Shown here piece by piece: positions 38,301 through 50,054 of a DNA stretch of 64,000 bases. The DNA is taken from the NCBI GenBank assembly GCA_043228905.1, contig JBHGNT010000001.1:33232001-33296000 (forward strand). Direction: 5' to 3'. Each line of letters opens with the position of its first letter. Position 1 is the first letter of the stretch. A model generated the notes under the pieces. The model was not told the DNA's origin. It saw nothing but the letters and a program-made list of their open reading frames with translations, and made no database searches. This DNA is from Azolla caroliniana. Lineage: Eukaryota; Plantae; Polypodiophyta. The position numbers and the translations under genes were made by a program.

Positions 38301-41300
38301 TAAGTGAAAGAAAGAATGAAAATTTAATGTCTTTAAGAGGCCAAAATGGCCTATAAGACCAAACAAGAGATTACATCTTAAAACGTGTCTCCTCTTTAAG
38401 AACAACAAATCAAAATAAATGTAACTAAGTAAAAAAGTAAACAGAAATAAAAGTGACGAAAAAATCCTGTTATCTATATATGCAAGATTCTCAAGTCAGA
38501 TAGATTGTAATTTTTGTTCGAAAAATCTCTAGCATAGGTCGATACAGAATGGAGAGATGTCTGAAGCAAAGGAAGTACCTGTGATGGCAGAAGATAATGG
38601 TCTTTATCTGTCAGTGACAGGGGTGGTGAGATCATGGTCCATGAGGCCGGGACCTACGTGCATGGCAAATAACTATTGCTCGATCTATTGTAACCCCTTT
38701 GCTACATCCTGGCCAGGAGTCCATTTGTGTAGCCCTTGATTGACATGTAACATGAATAGGAATGATGGGGCTAAAGAAAGTTTTTACTGTTCTTTGTGGA
38801 TGAGCTTGTGTGGCTGCATGGTTCTTCTCCAACAACTTTTACCCGTGTCTTTGAGTTCTTGCAAGAAAAGCATTAGGTGCCTTTGGTCCTCATATTCCAT
38901 TACCTTGCGTAGTGAGCCAAAGCCTACGGTATCTCCCTCTTATTTCAGAAAAAACGCAACAGTGACAAACATAATGTTCGTTAGGTTCCACTCCTTGATG
39001 ACAGAATTGGCAAACTCTTTCTTCTAGAGGTATTCATGCATATCTTCCTACCTCAATATAACTGATGTGACAAAGCTCACAGCTGCTCTGTCACACCGTG
39101 CAGCACATAGGATAGATGTATGCCCATTTAAGAGGGAGTGATGATGAATCCATCATCTGATGTGGGTAAAATATGTCTTATAGTGGGCCATCTCTCTACC
39201 AAGTCAGTTTGTTTCGGGGCCGATACATGTCAGCTTGTTTTCCAAGTTAATAATATCAGTTCGGATCATTCTATTCTTTTCCACATTGGTCGTGTTTAGA
39301 GAGAAAATGAGAGCATAATTAAATGGTGATTACAGGATCCGAGGCTGTTGGGAGAAGTGCATATTGCTCTCTTAAGAGCACTAGTCAAAGATGTTGAGGA
39401 TGTTGCTAAAGCCTCATCTTCTGGTCTTGCGTCAAACCAGTATGCACCTGGGTTTTCTGGTGCTGGACACCCTCTTCTCGTTGAAGCGGTGAGTTCAATC
39501 TATTACTTATAATGCACTTCTGTGATGCAAATAATTACAGTAGATTAATTGGATGATGCCCCAATTTCCTGTAGGCTTTTGCATGGGGTTTTGACATATC
39601 AGAGTGGGGAAAGCATCTCAATCCGCAAACATGGCCGGAAATTCTTCGTCAGTTTGCCTTGTCTGCTGGATATGGGCCAAAGTGGAAGAAACATACACAT
39701 GAAGCTGATGTTCTATATGAAAATGAGGTTGGTGTGAGGTCCAATCTTATGCATTGATATGCTTTGCATAACTCTTGCAGTCTAACAATAAGAATTGAAC
39801 CCGTGCTAGGGGAGAGAAGGTGATGCTATTGTGAATACTTTGCGATCTGGTCAAGCAGTGGAAAAGGCAGTTTCTCAGATGCAAGGGAAAGGTGGACAAA
39901 GGCGACGAAAACGTAACAGGCTTACACCAGGAACGGTCAAGTTTGCAGCATTTCATGTGCTTTCAATAGAAGGTCAAAGTGGGTTGTCAATTCTAGAAGT
40001 TGCAGACCGGATCCAGGTTTGAGAAATGAATGTGCAAGCTATGAAAGAATCATTTTTTTACATGGCAAACATCGTTGTACTAAAGAATCATTTTTTCATG
40101 CATTACTTTTTGTTTGTGTTATAATAGAAATCAGGGTTGCGTGACCTTAGCACAAGTAAGACACCCGAAGCATCTGTTGCAGCGGCACTCTCCAGAGACA
40201 CAAAACTTTTTGAGAGGGTAGCCCCTTCGACGTATAGTGTCCGGGAAGCCTATAGGAAAGATCCTGAAGATGCTGAAAATATCATGCAGAGAGCAAGAGA
40301 GAGAATACGCGTATTTGAGAATCTAAAGATTGAGGAAGAGGAGCCTGAAAAGGAAACTGATTTTGTTGATGAGGCAGAGAGGGATGATGATTCGGACGAG
40401 GATGTGGATGATGTAGAAGTAGATGATCTGGAGGGGGGCTTAGCTGAGGAAGATAATGAGAATATCCTATACAAAGGAGTTGAACTACAATGTGGTTCTG
40501 TCGGTGAAAATGGGGGATGTTTTGATACCAACTCTACACTTCAACCACCCGCTGGAGTGAAGGATAATAATATCAATACAAGCTCAGAAAATGCAAACTC
40601 TAATATGTTAGATAGTGCAGAAAGGAACAGATGCATTGGCAATGTGAAGCTGCTGAATGTGGCTCATGAGGAGATGGAGATAGATGAAAGCCATGTGGGT
40701 GAATCATGGGTACAGGGTCTAATGGAAGGTGATTATTGTGATCTAAGTGTTGAAGAACGTTTGAATGCATTGGTGGTTCTAGTTGAAGCTGTCAATGAGG
40801 GAAATACTATCAGGGTTGCCCTTGAGGTCTGTTTACGTTGCTAGTAGTTCTCATTGTCAATAACAATGATATTACCACTTTGTATATGACGTGCCATATT
40901 TTGATTTTTCTAGGAACGATTAGAAGCAGCAAGTTCTCTGAAGAGAAAATTGTGGGCTGAAGCACAGATAGATAGAAAACGATACAAAGAAGAGCAAGCT
41001 ATGAAAACCCTGGGACAATCAGATGAAGGATGCAGGACAGAGACTTCTGAAGCTGATCATGGGCGTGGTTTAAATGAAGAAACAAAGGAATATTTGGATG
41101 CAACAACTTCTCATGGGGATGAGGTCGCTGATGCCTTAACAGGTGATAAATCTTTGTCTGCACAAAGAATCTCTTCAAACCAGGAGCCGTCTTCAGCACA
41201 GGTTGGACATCCTGGCGAAAAGCCTCGTGCGCAGTTGAAGGCAGAGATTGGACAAAAAGTGGAGGAAATATATGCATATAGATTCCTTCCCATTGGATTT

Positions 41301-44300
41301 GATCGAAGATATAATCGTTACTGGCAGTTCATCACATGCAATAATCGACATGATTATGGTTGTGGGAGGATATACTTCGAATCTGCATCAGTCTCTGAAT
41401 GGCGTGTTATTGATTCAAAGGAGGTCTATACTACCCCTTTGTTTCTTTTTCTTTACCACACAATGTATGATGTATTTTTTCTGTCAACTGTTTGGGATAG
41501 AGCTCATGATGTAGTCTGTAAGGCATGGTCCGTAAAGAAGTTAGCTTGTGTAGACAACTTGAAGAAAATCAAAGGTTTGGTTTACCAGGAATTAGAATTA
41601 GAAATAGAATTTTTTAGTATATAAAGGAGTGTGAGCCCAAGTGATTTTGGTGAAAAATATTTGAGTTTTCATTAGATGGAAACTGGATCAAATCCCGTTC
41701 TGCACCTTCTTATTGTGTCGATATGAAGGAGTGTTTTGGAGCTATAGGATTTCAATATTTGAGATTATGCAGTGGAAATTATGTGCTCGTAATGAGACTA
41801 TTATCAGGAAAATATAGGCACCGTCGGTAGTGCCATGAGAGTGAATCAAGTATTCTCACTATCACCTAGGGCCTTTTGGCCTTTACATACAAGAGATCTT
41901 GCATGTATCGAAGGAGGAGGGGTTGGACTTAGTCTAATGGGAGTGATGATATGTATATTAACTCTTTGTCCTGTTTTACCTTCTCATCTTTTGAACTTTT
42001 TTTCTATATTTTATGATGGCATGGCAATTGGTCACATTAGATTGTTTGTAGCACATCTTTTTTCTGTTTAACTTGTTTATTTCTTGTCTTTAATTTCATT
42101 TGACATTCATCATGGTTGAGTTTACCTGTTGTATCTCAAGATGTAATAGAAAATGTGATTTTACTTATGTCCATCAATAATATAAGAACGACATAATTCT
42201 TGTCCAAGTTATGCTGGGCACTTAAAGGGGTGAAAATTACACTAGTGGTGATGTTTTGAGCATTTCGTTTTCAATTTCTTTTTGCGTTTCTCTGTTTTCC
42301 TTATGTTGGTCTTCTGTAAACTATATTACCATGAAATGGAGGAGAAGCATGAATGCTGAAATTGTTTTACTGTCTAGGTGAAATGCCATCCTGAGAGTGG
42401 CCAATTCAACAAAACGATAGGTCCTTTCAAAAAAAATATCCAACTAAAATTGTGGCCTTTCTTACTGTTCCATCAGGCTGAAAATGAGCCATTTCATGAA
42501 TCAATGAGACTCCTCTTTCTAATTCTCAGTGTGCCCTTTGGTGGAACTATTTGACTGCTCTTTATAGCAAGACTGATATAGATGTTATTCTGCACAACTT
42601 GAGGAAGGGTGCTCAGAAGAGGGCAATCTATTATTTCTTTGTAGAATGCCTGAAGTCATGTAGTGACCAGAAGCCCTTGGATTCCTTGTAGATAACATTG
42701 GCATCTATGCACTATATAATCACTGTCAGGACAAGTGCAAGTTCCCAATGGACATTTTGGGTAGGGGCTAGCATCAATGGAGTGAAACAAGGATACCCAC
42801 TTTCACTCCAAATCTCTTTGTTCTTTTTATAGATGAGATGGCTAATTGCATAGAGAGAGGAGGCTGAGGTGTATGTTTGACAGAGATTGCCATACTGTTG
42901 ATATTCTGCTGTTTGTTGACTCTCCAAATGGATGACAAAGATATTTAGACACTTCAAAGTAATTTTGTACAAACAAACATGAGTTGGTAAACTTCTATAA
43001 AATTAAGGTGGTAGTGTTTACACCTCTCAGGCTTAGGTAATTAGATCAGAACCAGAATTCTAGCTGCACATTTGCTCTGATTGTTTTGAGAAATCATGAT
43101 GATTTTCACTTTCTCTTGTTTTGTTGTTTTTTCGATGTGCATATTGCCACAGGATCCATGGCATCATCACATGTTCGACGTCCTTATCTAACTGGATCAC
43201 ACCATAATAGATATTTTCTTAGGATACCAAATCTATCGGTTATCCACGAGTAGGTTTGCATTTCAAGTTATTAGAAAGCTAGTGTAGAAGGACATTTTTC
43301 TTTCTTAAACATAACCAACTATGATCTTGGTTATGTTCATAGGTGATTGAGGTATTTTAGAGAGGTTAGTATATCTTTCTGTTTGTATCTATTTCTTGAT
43401 TTTTGTTTTATCTTAAAGGTAGTAATGTTGTTTGTATTCCTGCCAAATATTAATTGTAAATCTTATAACTTCTTGCTCCACATTATAAGCAATCACACGA
43501 ATTCTTTTTACCCCTGCTGGTGTCAAACAGTATATTTGTTATATTACTGGAATCTTTAACATCCTCTTGGGTTGTGCAGTCTTTTGATGCATTGATTTCA
43601 TCTCTTGATACGAGGGGTATCCGTGAAGCACAATTACATTGCATGCTTCGAAAATGTGAAGATTTATTTATGGATGGTACGGAAAGATCAGTTCATCCTA
43701 ATTTGTTCCTCACTGGTTTTCAAAAACAAATGCACACAGAGAAGTCACATGTGCAAATTTCTAAGGGTGAAATATTTGGACTTGATTCAGGGTGTGTAAA
43801 GCAGAAAAGTGCTGATGATAGAATGTCTCATCTTGATGATACATTGCATGATGTTGGTGCAATACACGTTGAGTGTGGTAAGAGTCCAACAGAGAGGAAT
43901 CGTGCATTGGAACAATATCAAGATTTTGACAAATGGCTTTGGACCAAGTCCATGGGGGATGGATCAATTTTGAATGCTGTGAGAAATGCTACAAATAGAT
44001 GCTCAATGCTTTTGAGAAGCTGCGAAGTTTGCCATGAAATTAATTGGTCGAGTGACATAAGCTGTTCTTACTGTCATGAAACATTTGAGAAAAAACTCGC
44101 ACAACATTTCTTGGAATGTGAGAAGAACAGGAAACAGAATTCAAAGTTAGAAATGCCTCCCGGATCTCTGCCATCTAGAATACAGCTTCTGAAACTGGAG
44201 ATCTCATCCATGGAGGTCAGCAAATTCTTTTACTTGTCTATTGTACTTTGGATAATAATGCATGCTTTATGTTAGTAACCATTCTCAAATGTTTTAACTA

Positions 44301-46480
44301 ATATTTTAAAGGTTGCCATTCCTCTTGAGGCTTTGAAATCAACATGGACAGATGCACAACGCAAGTGCTGGGCTTCTAAATTAAAAGAGGCCTCATCTTC
44401 TGGAGAAATGTTTCAGGTTTTCCCTGTTTAAATGTTGGTTGAATGTTTTCTATTCGAAATTATTGATTGTGTATATCCACTACTTTATTACAGTTGATGA
44501 TGGAACTGGAATCTGCTATTCATCGTGAATGGCTATCTCCGTCATATGAAACTGCAGAAGAGCTATTGGAGATAACAACGAATGGAAACAATGCATCAAT
44601 GGCTGATTCAGGAACCACATTACCATCAGTACTACCTTGGATACCACAAACAACTGCTGCAGTTGCACTTCGACTTCTGATTATGGATGCGGCAATTTAC
44701 TATAGCCATGAGCAGAAACAGTTGAAGCTAAAGATGGCTGATATGAAAGCGAATGAACTAGTTGAGATGGTATGTAATGCTGATTATGTAGAAGTAATCT
44801 TATATAGTTTCCATAAATGATTTTGCTGATTATGAGAACCACCAAGATTGTGGAGTAGGCAAATTCTGGTGGTTGGACACAAGTAATGTAAGTCAGTGAG
44901 ATGCTTCTTCTTGCTAATCTAGGACAGGATGGGATGCTTCTTTTGGCTAATCAAGGCCCAATAGAGGGAGGACGGCAGGCCTTTCTTCCTGGGAGATAAT
45001 ACCAGCTTTTCTGTTCGCTGCTTAAGGCTCTCTATCACACTGAATGCATCTCATTGCCTTACTATCCTCATTGTACTGTGCTATGGTCTATCTGTCACCT
45101 ATTGATCCTTGCTAAACTTATAAATTACAGAGATTTGTGATCATAAATTGAAAGCAAAGGCATGAACCCCTAGTTGTACAAGCAATAGTGTCCTTATGGC
45201 TGTTCTAGCGTAGGCACTTTTGTGATATTTTCTTTGATGCATGACTTCCTGCTACTATATTGTAAATTCCAGTGTACAAGAGAAAACAAGAATAATTCTT
45301 GTAGGCACTTTTGTGATATTTTCTGTGATGCATGACATCCTGCTACTATATTGTAAATTCCAGTGTACAAGAGAAACAAGAATAATTCTTCTTCAGTTAA
45401 AAATGTCAGGAACTGTTTGTGGTTCTCTTGAAGGGCTTTGCTTATTGCTTATGTGCATGTATTATGGAGAATTGTTTGCAAGTTTTCTTAATTCCGTTGC
45501 ATTTGTGTTCTCCCCTTTCTTGGATTTTTAGGCTGGTATCCCTCATTTGCTATGATAGCAAAATATCTGCTCTATGCCACTCCTATTTGAAGATAGGAAT
45601 CTGATCAAATCGTCATACTTTGATGCAGATAAACACTGAGCCACTTATAGCCAATATAACAGCTGAAGAGACATCTGATGAAGATTCAAGCTCCTCTGAG
45701 GAGGAAAAAAGTGATGATTTGATTGATGGGACAATAAAATCATCTCTACGTGGTCGGGGACGAGGTGGTCGGGGGAGAGGTCGTGGAGGGAGGAGCAACC
45801 TATCAAGAACAATCATCAGAACAGATGAAATACCAAAAGTATCGAAAGGTAGGGCAAAGCCCAGTTCAGTCAATGAAATTAATGATGACATGGTTGAAGT
45901 GGTAAAATCACGTGGACGTGGGAGAGGTAGGGGTCGTGGACGTAGTAGAGGCAGAGGTCGAGGATCCAATCGTGGTGGTCGTTCTAGCACACAGGGTCGT
46001 GGTGGTCGTGGTAGTCGTGGTGGTAGACAATCACCTGCTGTTAAAAAGGAGACTAAGGTGATTAAAATCTCCATTACTGGTTTGCAGAAGAAGCAGCCAC
46101 CTAAGCAGGTTGTAGAGCAAGACCAGCTTGATACTGATGATGATAGTAGTCCCAGGATGGAGTGGGATGAGCAAGGCTATGAAGAGGAAAACTATACACA
46201 TTATGACAATTTTAGTGAAGGGAATGCAAGTGATGGTTCTGGTGAGCAAGGAATCAGTAGTGGGCCGGAACAAGAGGAGCAAGCATTTGACTATGATTTA
46301 GATAATGATGATTATGATGGTGGTGATGTGGAACGAGTTTATACCGGTGGAGACTATGCCAATCCTGACAGTGGTGAAGAAGATGAACAGTTTGATGGTG
46401 AACTTATGGGTGGTGAAGAAGACGAAGAAGCTGAGGATAATGAGGATTTCCAATCGGAATCTTCTAGAGAAAGTGAATGA
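32317..46480 (+). CDS. RLT: RINGLET-like DDT-domain ISWI-complex subunit (DDT, HARE-HTH, WHIM/WSD), no homeodomain seen
   Basis: Exons approx. 32317-32617, 33859-33944, 34424-34930, 35078-35167, 35267-35419, 35509-35731, 35828-35928, 37382-37468, 39336-39488, 39575-39727, 39810-40016, 40128-40826, 40914-41423, 43580-44215, 44312-44416, 44494-44769 and 45629-46480. Motifs: QLGEPLRGDCPMLGVEFDALP, AKESMDLIDDERLEL, DDT (NVGKLFMVWKFLSAFADILGLWPFTLDEFVQAFHDYDPRLLGEVH), LTPGTVKFAAFHVLS...TSKTPEASVAAALSRDTKLFERVAPSTY, WVQGLMEGDYCDLSVEERLNAL, LPIGFDRRYNRYWQF, SLDTRGIREAQL, VLPWIPQTTAAVALRL. Ends in an RG-rich and acidic tail. Confidence 0.93.
33085..33710. repeat. Diverged tandem duplication (~330 bp period) in an RLT intron
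   Basis: gcaaagg(c/t)agatgctagact...gaatgctg(t/c)gccaagaaat(a/c)taagggccagcacaacc...tttgtaactgag..ggaaataagg occurs at ~33095 and ~33428. Confidence 0.85.
34021..34329. repeat. Near-perfect tandem duplication, period ~154 bp
   Basis: gaaaattgtgccatttttgcattattgtctgtc...cctctaaaata at 34021 and 34175. Confidence 0.95.
36820..37120 (-). mobile_element. 5'-truncated LINE 3'-UTR copy
   Basis: The reverse complement aligns by eye with 4630-4915 (ctaagttcagaa, tctcaaagacaagaaaacat, taatctcttgt...tataggt...ctctta, gctttctt). Confidence 0.8.
38290..39200 (-). mobile_element. LINE 3' end (C-terminal CCHC zinc finger plus 3' UTR) in an RLT intron
   Basis: The minus strand reads IPLEERVCQFCHQGVEPNEHYVCHC..FSEIRGRY and GFGSLRKVMEYEDQRHLMLFLQEL, followed by the shared 3'-UTR repeat at 38290-38440. 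Confidence 0.8.
42560..43040 (+). mobile_element. Decayed LINE reverse-transcriptase fragment in an RLT intron
   Basis: GVKQGYPLS..LFVLFIDE (LINE RT GVKQGCPLSP motif). tcatgtagtgaccagaagcccttgga matches tcatgtagtgactagaagcccttgga at ~4177. Confidence 0.78.
45210..45390. repeat. Near-perfect tandem duplication, period 91 bp
   Basis: gtaggcacttttgtgatattttct...acaagaataattctt at 45210 and 45301. Confidence 0.95.
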
Positions 46481-48389
46481 AGTTACTGAGCATCGAAGGT
46501 TTTGTTAGTAGTTATTGGATGCTGATTTTCACTCCAGCAGTTGAGATGGATGGATAGTATAGTGACTCTCTTCCAGTGGACAACCAAATGAAAGGTTGAC
46601 GGCATGATCATATCTGATTGTTCATCTGAGGAAAAGCTTCATCTGGGATCTTAGGGTGACATGCTGAATCTGGTGGTTTTCCCAAAATCTTGGAGGACAG
46701 ATCAGTTATATCCCTGTACAATTCATTGGTTTTCAGAGTTTCTTGCAGGAGATTTCAAAAATAGCCTGTTTGTATCACAGATTATCAGCAATCCTGCACT
46801 GTCTTTCTAGATTTTCGCAGAACTGTCAAGGCCTTTTTTTCTTGTGGTTATGTTTCCCTCCACAACGAGGTTACATTTCTGCTACAGATGTTCAACTTTC
46901 CTATTAGTGCTTCTTTGATTTTATTCAGAATGGCACTGAATGAGTATAGTGCATCGATTCTATGCCGAATATATTTCCTCCCAATTCAAGAGGGGTTTTC
47001 AGGCAATTTCCAGATACAGGATAACAAGATGAGGTCATGTTTTTGTTATGACCAGAAATCCTCATGTAAGTTGCAGAAGAGCTACGATGGCCTTTTTTCG
47101 TGTGAACCAGGTGACAATGTACTCATGTAGTCAGTATTGACAACCCAATGATAGATGTTAATTGTACCATTGAATAAGAGACTTGGGTAATCTCTTTATA
47201 GTTGTAACTATTATTCATGTGCCGAAAGTGTATATTAGTTTTTCATTATGAGGCTGTAACACATGATTCAAAGAAGGTTTTCAGTAGTATTTTCAGGAAC
47301 ACAATCCTGGTGTTTTCGAGTCTTTACTGTACATATTTTACAAGATTTCTTTTTTCCTAGTTCTGTGCATTCTATGTATGCTATCATACGTTATCATGGA
47401 ACATTGCGCAAAACGAGCTTTGGACTTGAACCGCTGTTTCATTGTGGAAACATTAGGATTCTTTAACTTATCACTTTTTGAATGGTGCTATACAGAGGGT
47501 TTTCAATTATAAACAAGATCGAGTTGGTTGCAAGGGTGATAGTACGTAGTTTAAACTTTTTCATGACCATGCAAGAGTATTATGAGTATAAGAAAGATCC
47601 AACTGTAATGATCTATATTGTAGTGATGAGCATTATTTCCCAGGAGGAGTGTTAGTTTCATGGTGTATCCAAAGCTCATCAAAAGATCAGATTACTTCAA
47701 AGCAAAAAGTAACCATAAAAGGGCGTTCAAACGTGCATTATGTGGAAAGTGTGCTAAGAATAAGGATGTATATTTGGGGATCAATGCATGAAGATGGTTT
47801 TTGACTTCATTAATGTTTTTAAAAATCGATGGTGTACCAAAGCTCATTGTTTTGTGGCATATTGACAATGAAGGTTTTTGTTCAAAGAAATCTAGTGGTC
47901 AAACTCATTGTAACTGCAACTTTAGTTTTAGTCATATGTGCATGTCTATTAAAGGCAAGGCATGAATGCTACTCTAATCTACTAGATTTTAATGTATGAT
48001 CAAGAATATGCTCATAACAAGTGTCAAGACACGTTTATGCGAGGTCAAGCTTTGGTCCCATTCATGTATGGATATGATAGTACACGAACATCAAATTACA
48101 GGAAGTCAATAAAAGAAGAAAAGAAGGTGGGCATGAGAGGGCAAGAGTGCCTCAGGGCGAGTGGGTGGCCGAAGACCATTATAATACTTCGCGCGAACGA
48201 GATATGGACGAGAGTGCCAAGGAAAAGTCACCACCAATATATACATACATATAGCGATGCAAAAAGCAAGCAAGCACCACCTTTCATGAACGTCCCTACT
48301 CTTCCCCAAAACAAACAAAAAGAGGAAAACAGAACACACACTCTCCACACACACAAACGTGAAAAACAACTACATATACATATATGTAT

Positions 48390-48680
48390 GGCGAGGACGA
48401 AGTTTGTGCTGGAGCAGAGACTCAGACATTGTCACTACAGCATCATCATCGCCGTCGTTGTCATCGTTTCCTTCCCTTCCTACTTAGCTCCACTTGTTAT
48501 ACCGTTGTGAATTGAGGTATGCTCATGATATGCAAAGCAACATATACACTAGTCAATATAAGATGATCTCTCTCTCTCTCTCTCTCCTTCTCTCCTGTTA
48601 TTGATTAATGGAAACAAAAGAAAGTTTGGCGCTCAGAAAGGGCAACACAGAAATATTTTACAAAGATATGGTTATACGTA

Positions 48681-48710
<30 letters not shown>
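48390..48710 (+). promoter_or_regulatory. Probable 5' non-coding exon and intron start of NRPD1, with (CT)n and (AC)n tracts
   Basis: A GC-richer leader ends in the donor TTGAG|GTATG (48516/48517), followed by (CT)n at ~48568 and (AC)n at ~48683-48710. Confidence 0.5.
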
Positions 48711-48713
<3 letters not shown>

Positions 48714-50054
48714 ATGGATGGACTTATATCCGCCTCTTCTAGGCGTTCATGGATTAGCAAGCACAATGTTTTGTCTAGTTTGCTTTTTTAATGATGCTAA
48801 CATCAAACACAAGTCTTTGTTTCTCGTCGAACTTTTGAAATGCATCGAAACAAAAGTAGTAGATTCAACATTGGCATATTATTATATTATAAAAAACACA
48901 TATGTACGTCTGTGGGCATGTATAGAAGCTCATATTATTATATTATTTGCTATTTTTAATGATGTCAACATCATTCAATTTGAAGTGCGCATTGTTTGTT
49001 TCAGTCCAAATATGTATGTAGACATTTATTTTCCTATCATAATGGTCTATTCAGGTTCCATTGTTAGTTTTGGTGCAAATATGTATACTATACTTGTCGT
49101 TCAAGTAGGGTGCATCAACTCTGTGGTGAATGTGGACGCCACAAGTTAGGTATGCAGGTGATCAATTATATATATCAGGTGCTATGCATACCATGTCACT
49201 GTATATGGGATGTTCCCTGTCCTGGTTGATCTTTGCATCTGATGTATGTATATATCCATGCCTTTTATTCAAGTATCATATATACTTGTTTAGTGAAGCA
49301 AAACCAAGTCTCATATAGTCAAACCAGAAGTTGTAGCTTCATAGGTCTATGGTCTAATTACGTAGCATATATATTAATATTATAGATGGTGTGTTTTCCT
49401 TTTCTGTTCTTGTCATTTGTATAGATGAACGCATTCTGCTCCAAAAAGTGGTACACTTTATATGTTTTTCCAGTGTCTGAAAAAGAGGCTCTTGCAACCA
49501 TAACAAAAGTTTGTAGAAATATAGAGGCTCCTAGGTATAATGTTTGTTTAGGTAGCGTAATTCACAGATATACAAACTAGCTATGGATAAAAATCATAAA
49601 AAGATATGGGAAATGCATTATGCAAAGACCAGAAGGGGTAACATAGCACATACATATTATGTATTGCATCTGTAAACTCTGGATATATTCATATTACACT
49701 ACGAAAACAAATCATTTTTATTCTCTTGTTCTCACTTTTTCTGCATGTAAAATTTCTAGGTATTTTCACCTTTAGAACAACTGGTTTATGCAGGCTTACC
49801 TGGTTACAACTGCGTCTTTTGTAAGCTTTTCTCTTTCAGCATTGTCTTCTAAATTCTTACATAACTTTGCAGACATCACTAACGCCAAATCAAACTTATG
49901 TACTAGAGTTTCGTGAAACTGGCTTTTGATGTAAGAGATACTGGGTTATGGATGTAGCTGAAAACATGTTTGCTCTTATTTATATTAGTTGAAAAAACTA
50001 GATGGGATAGGTTTTTACTATTCATGGCCAATGATATACAGGAATCAGATCTCG

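Noticed and set aside
45532-45628. Alternative acceptor (TAG at 45531) for the last RLT exon
   Set aside because: It gives a stop after 7 codons in phase 0, whereas the CAG at 45628 preserves the long frame.
47992-48510. 172-aa ORF between RLT and NRPD1
   Set aside because: No recognisable motif; it overlaps the likely NRPD1 promoter and leader exon and simple repeats.
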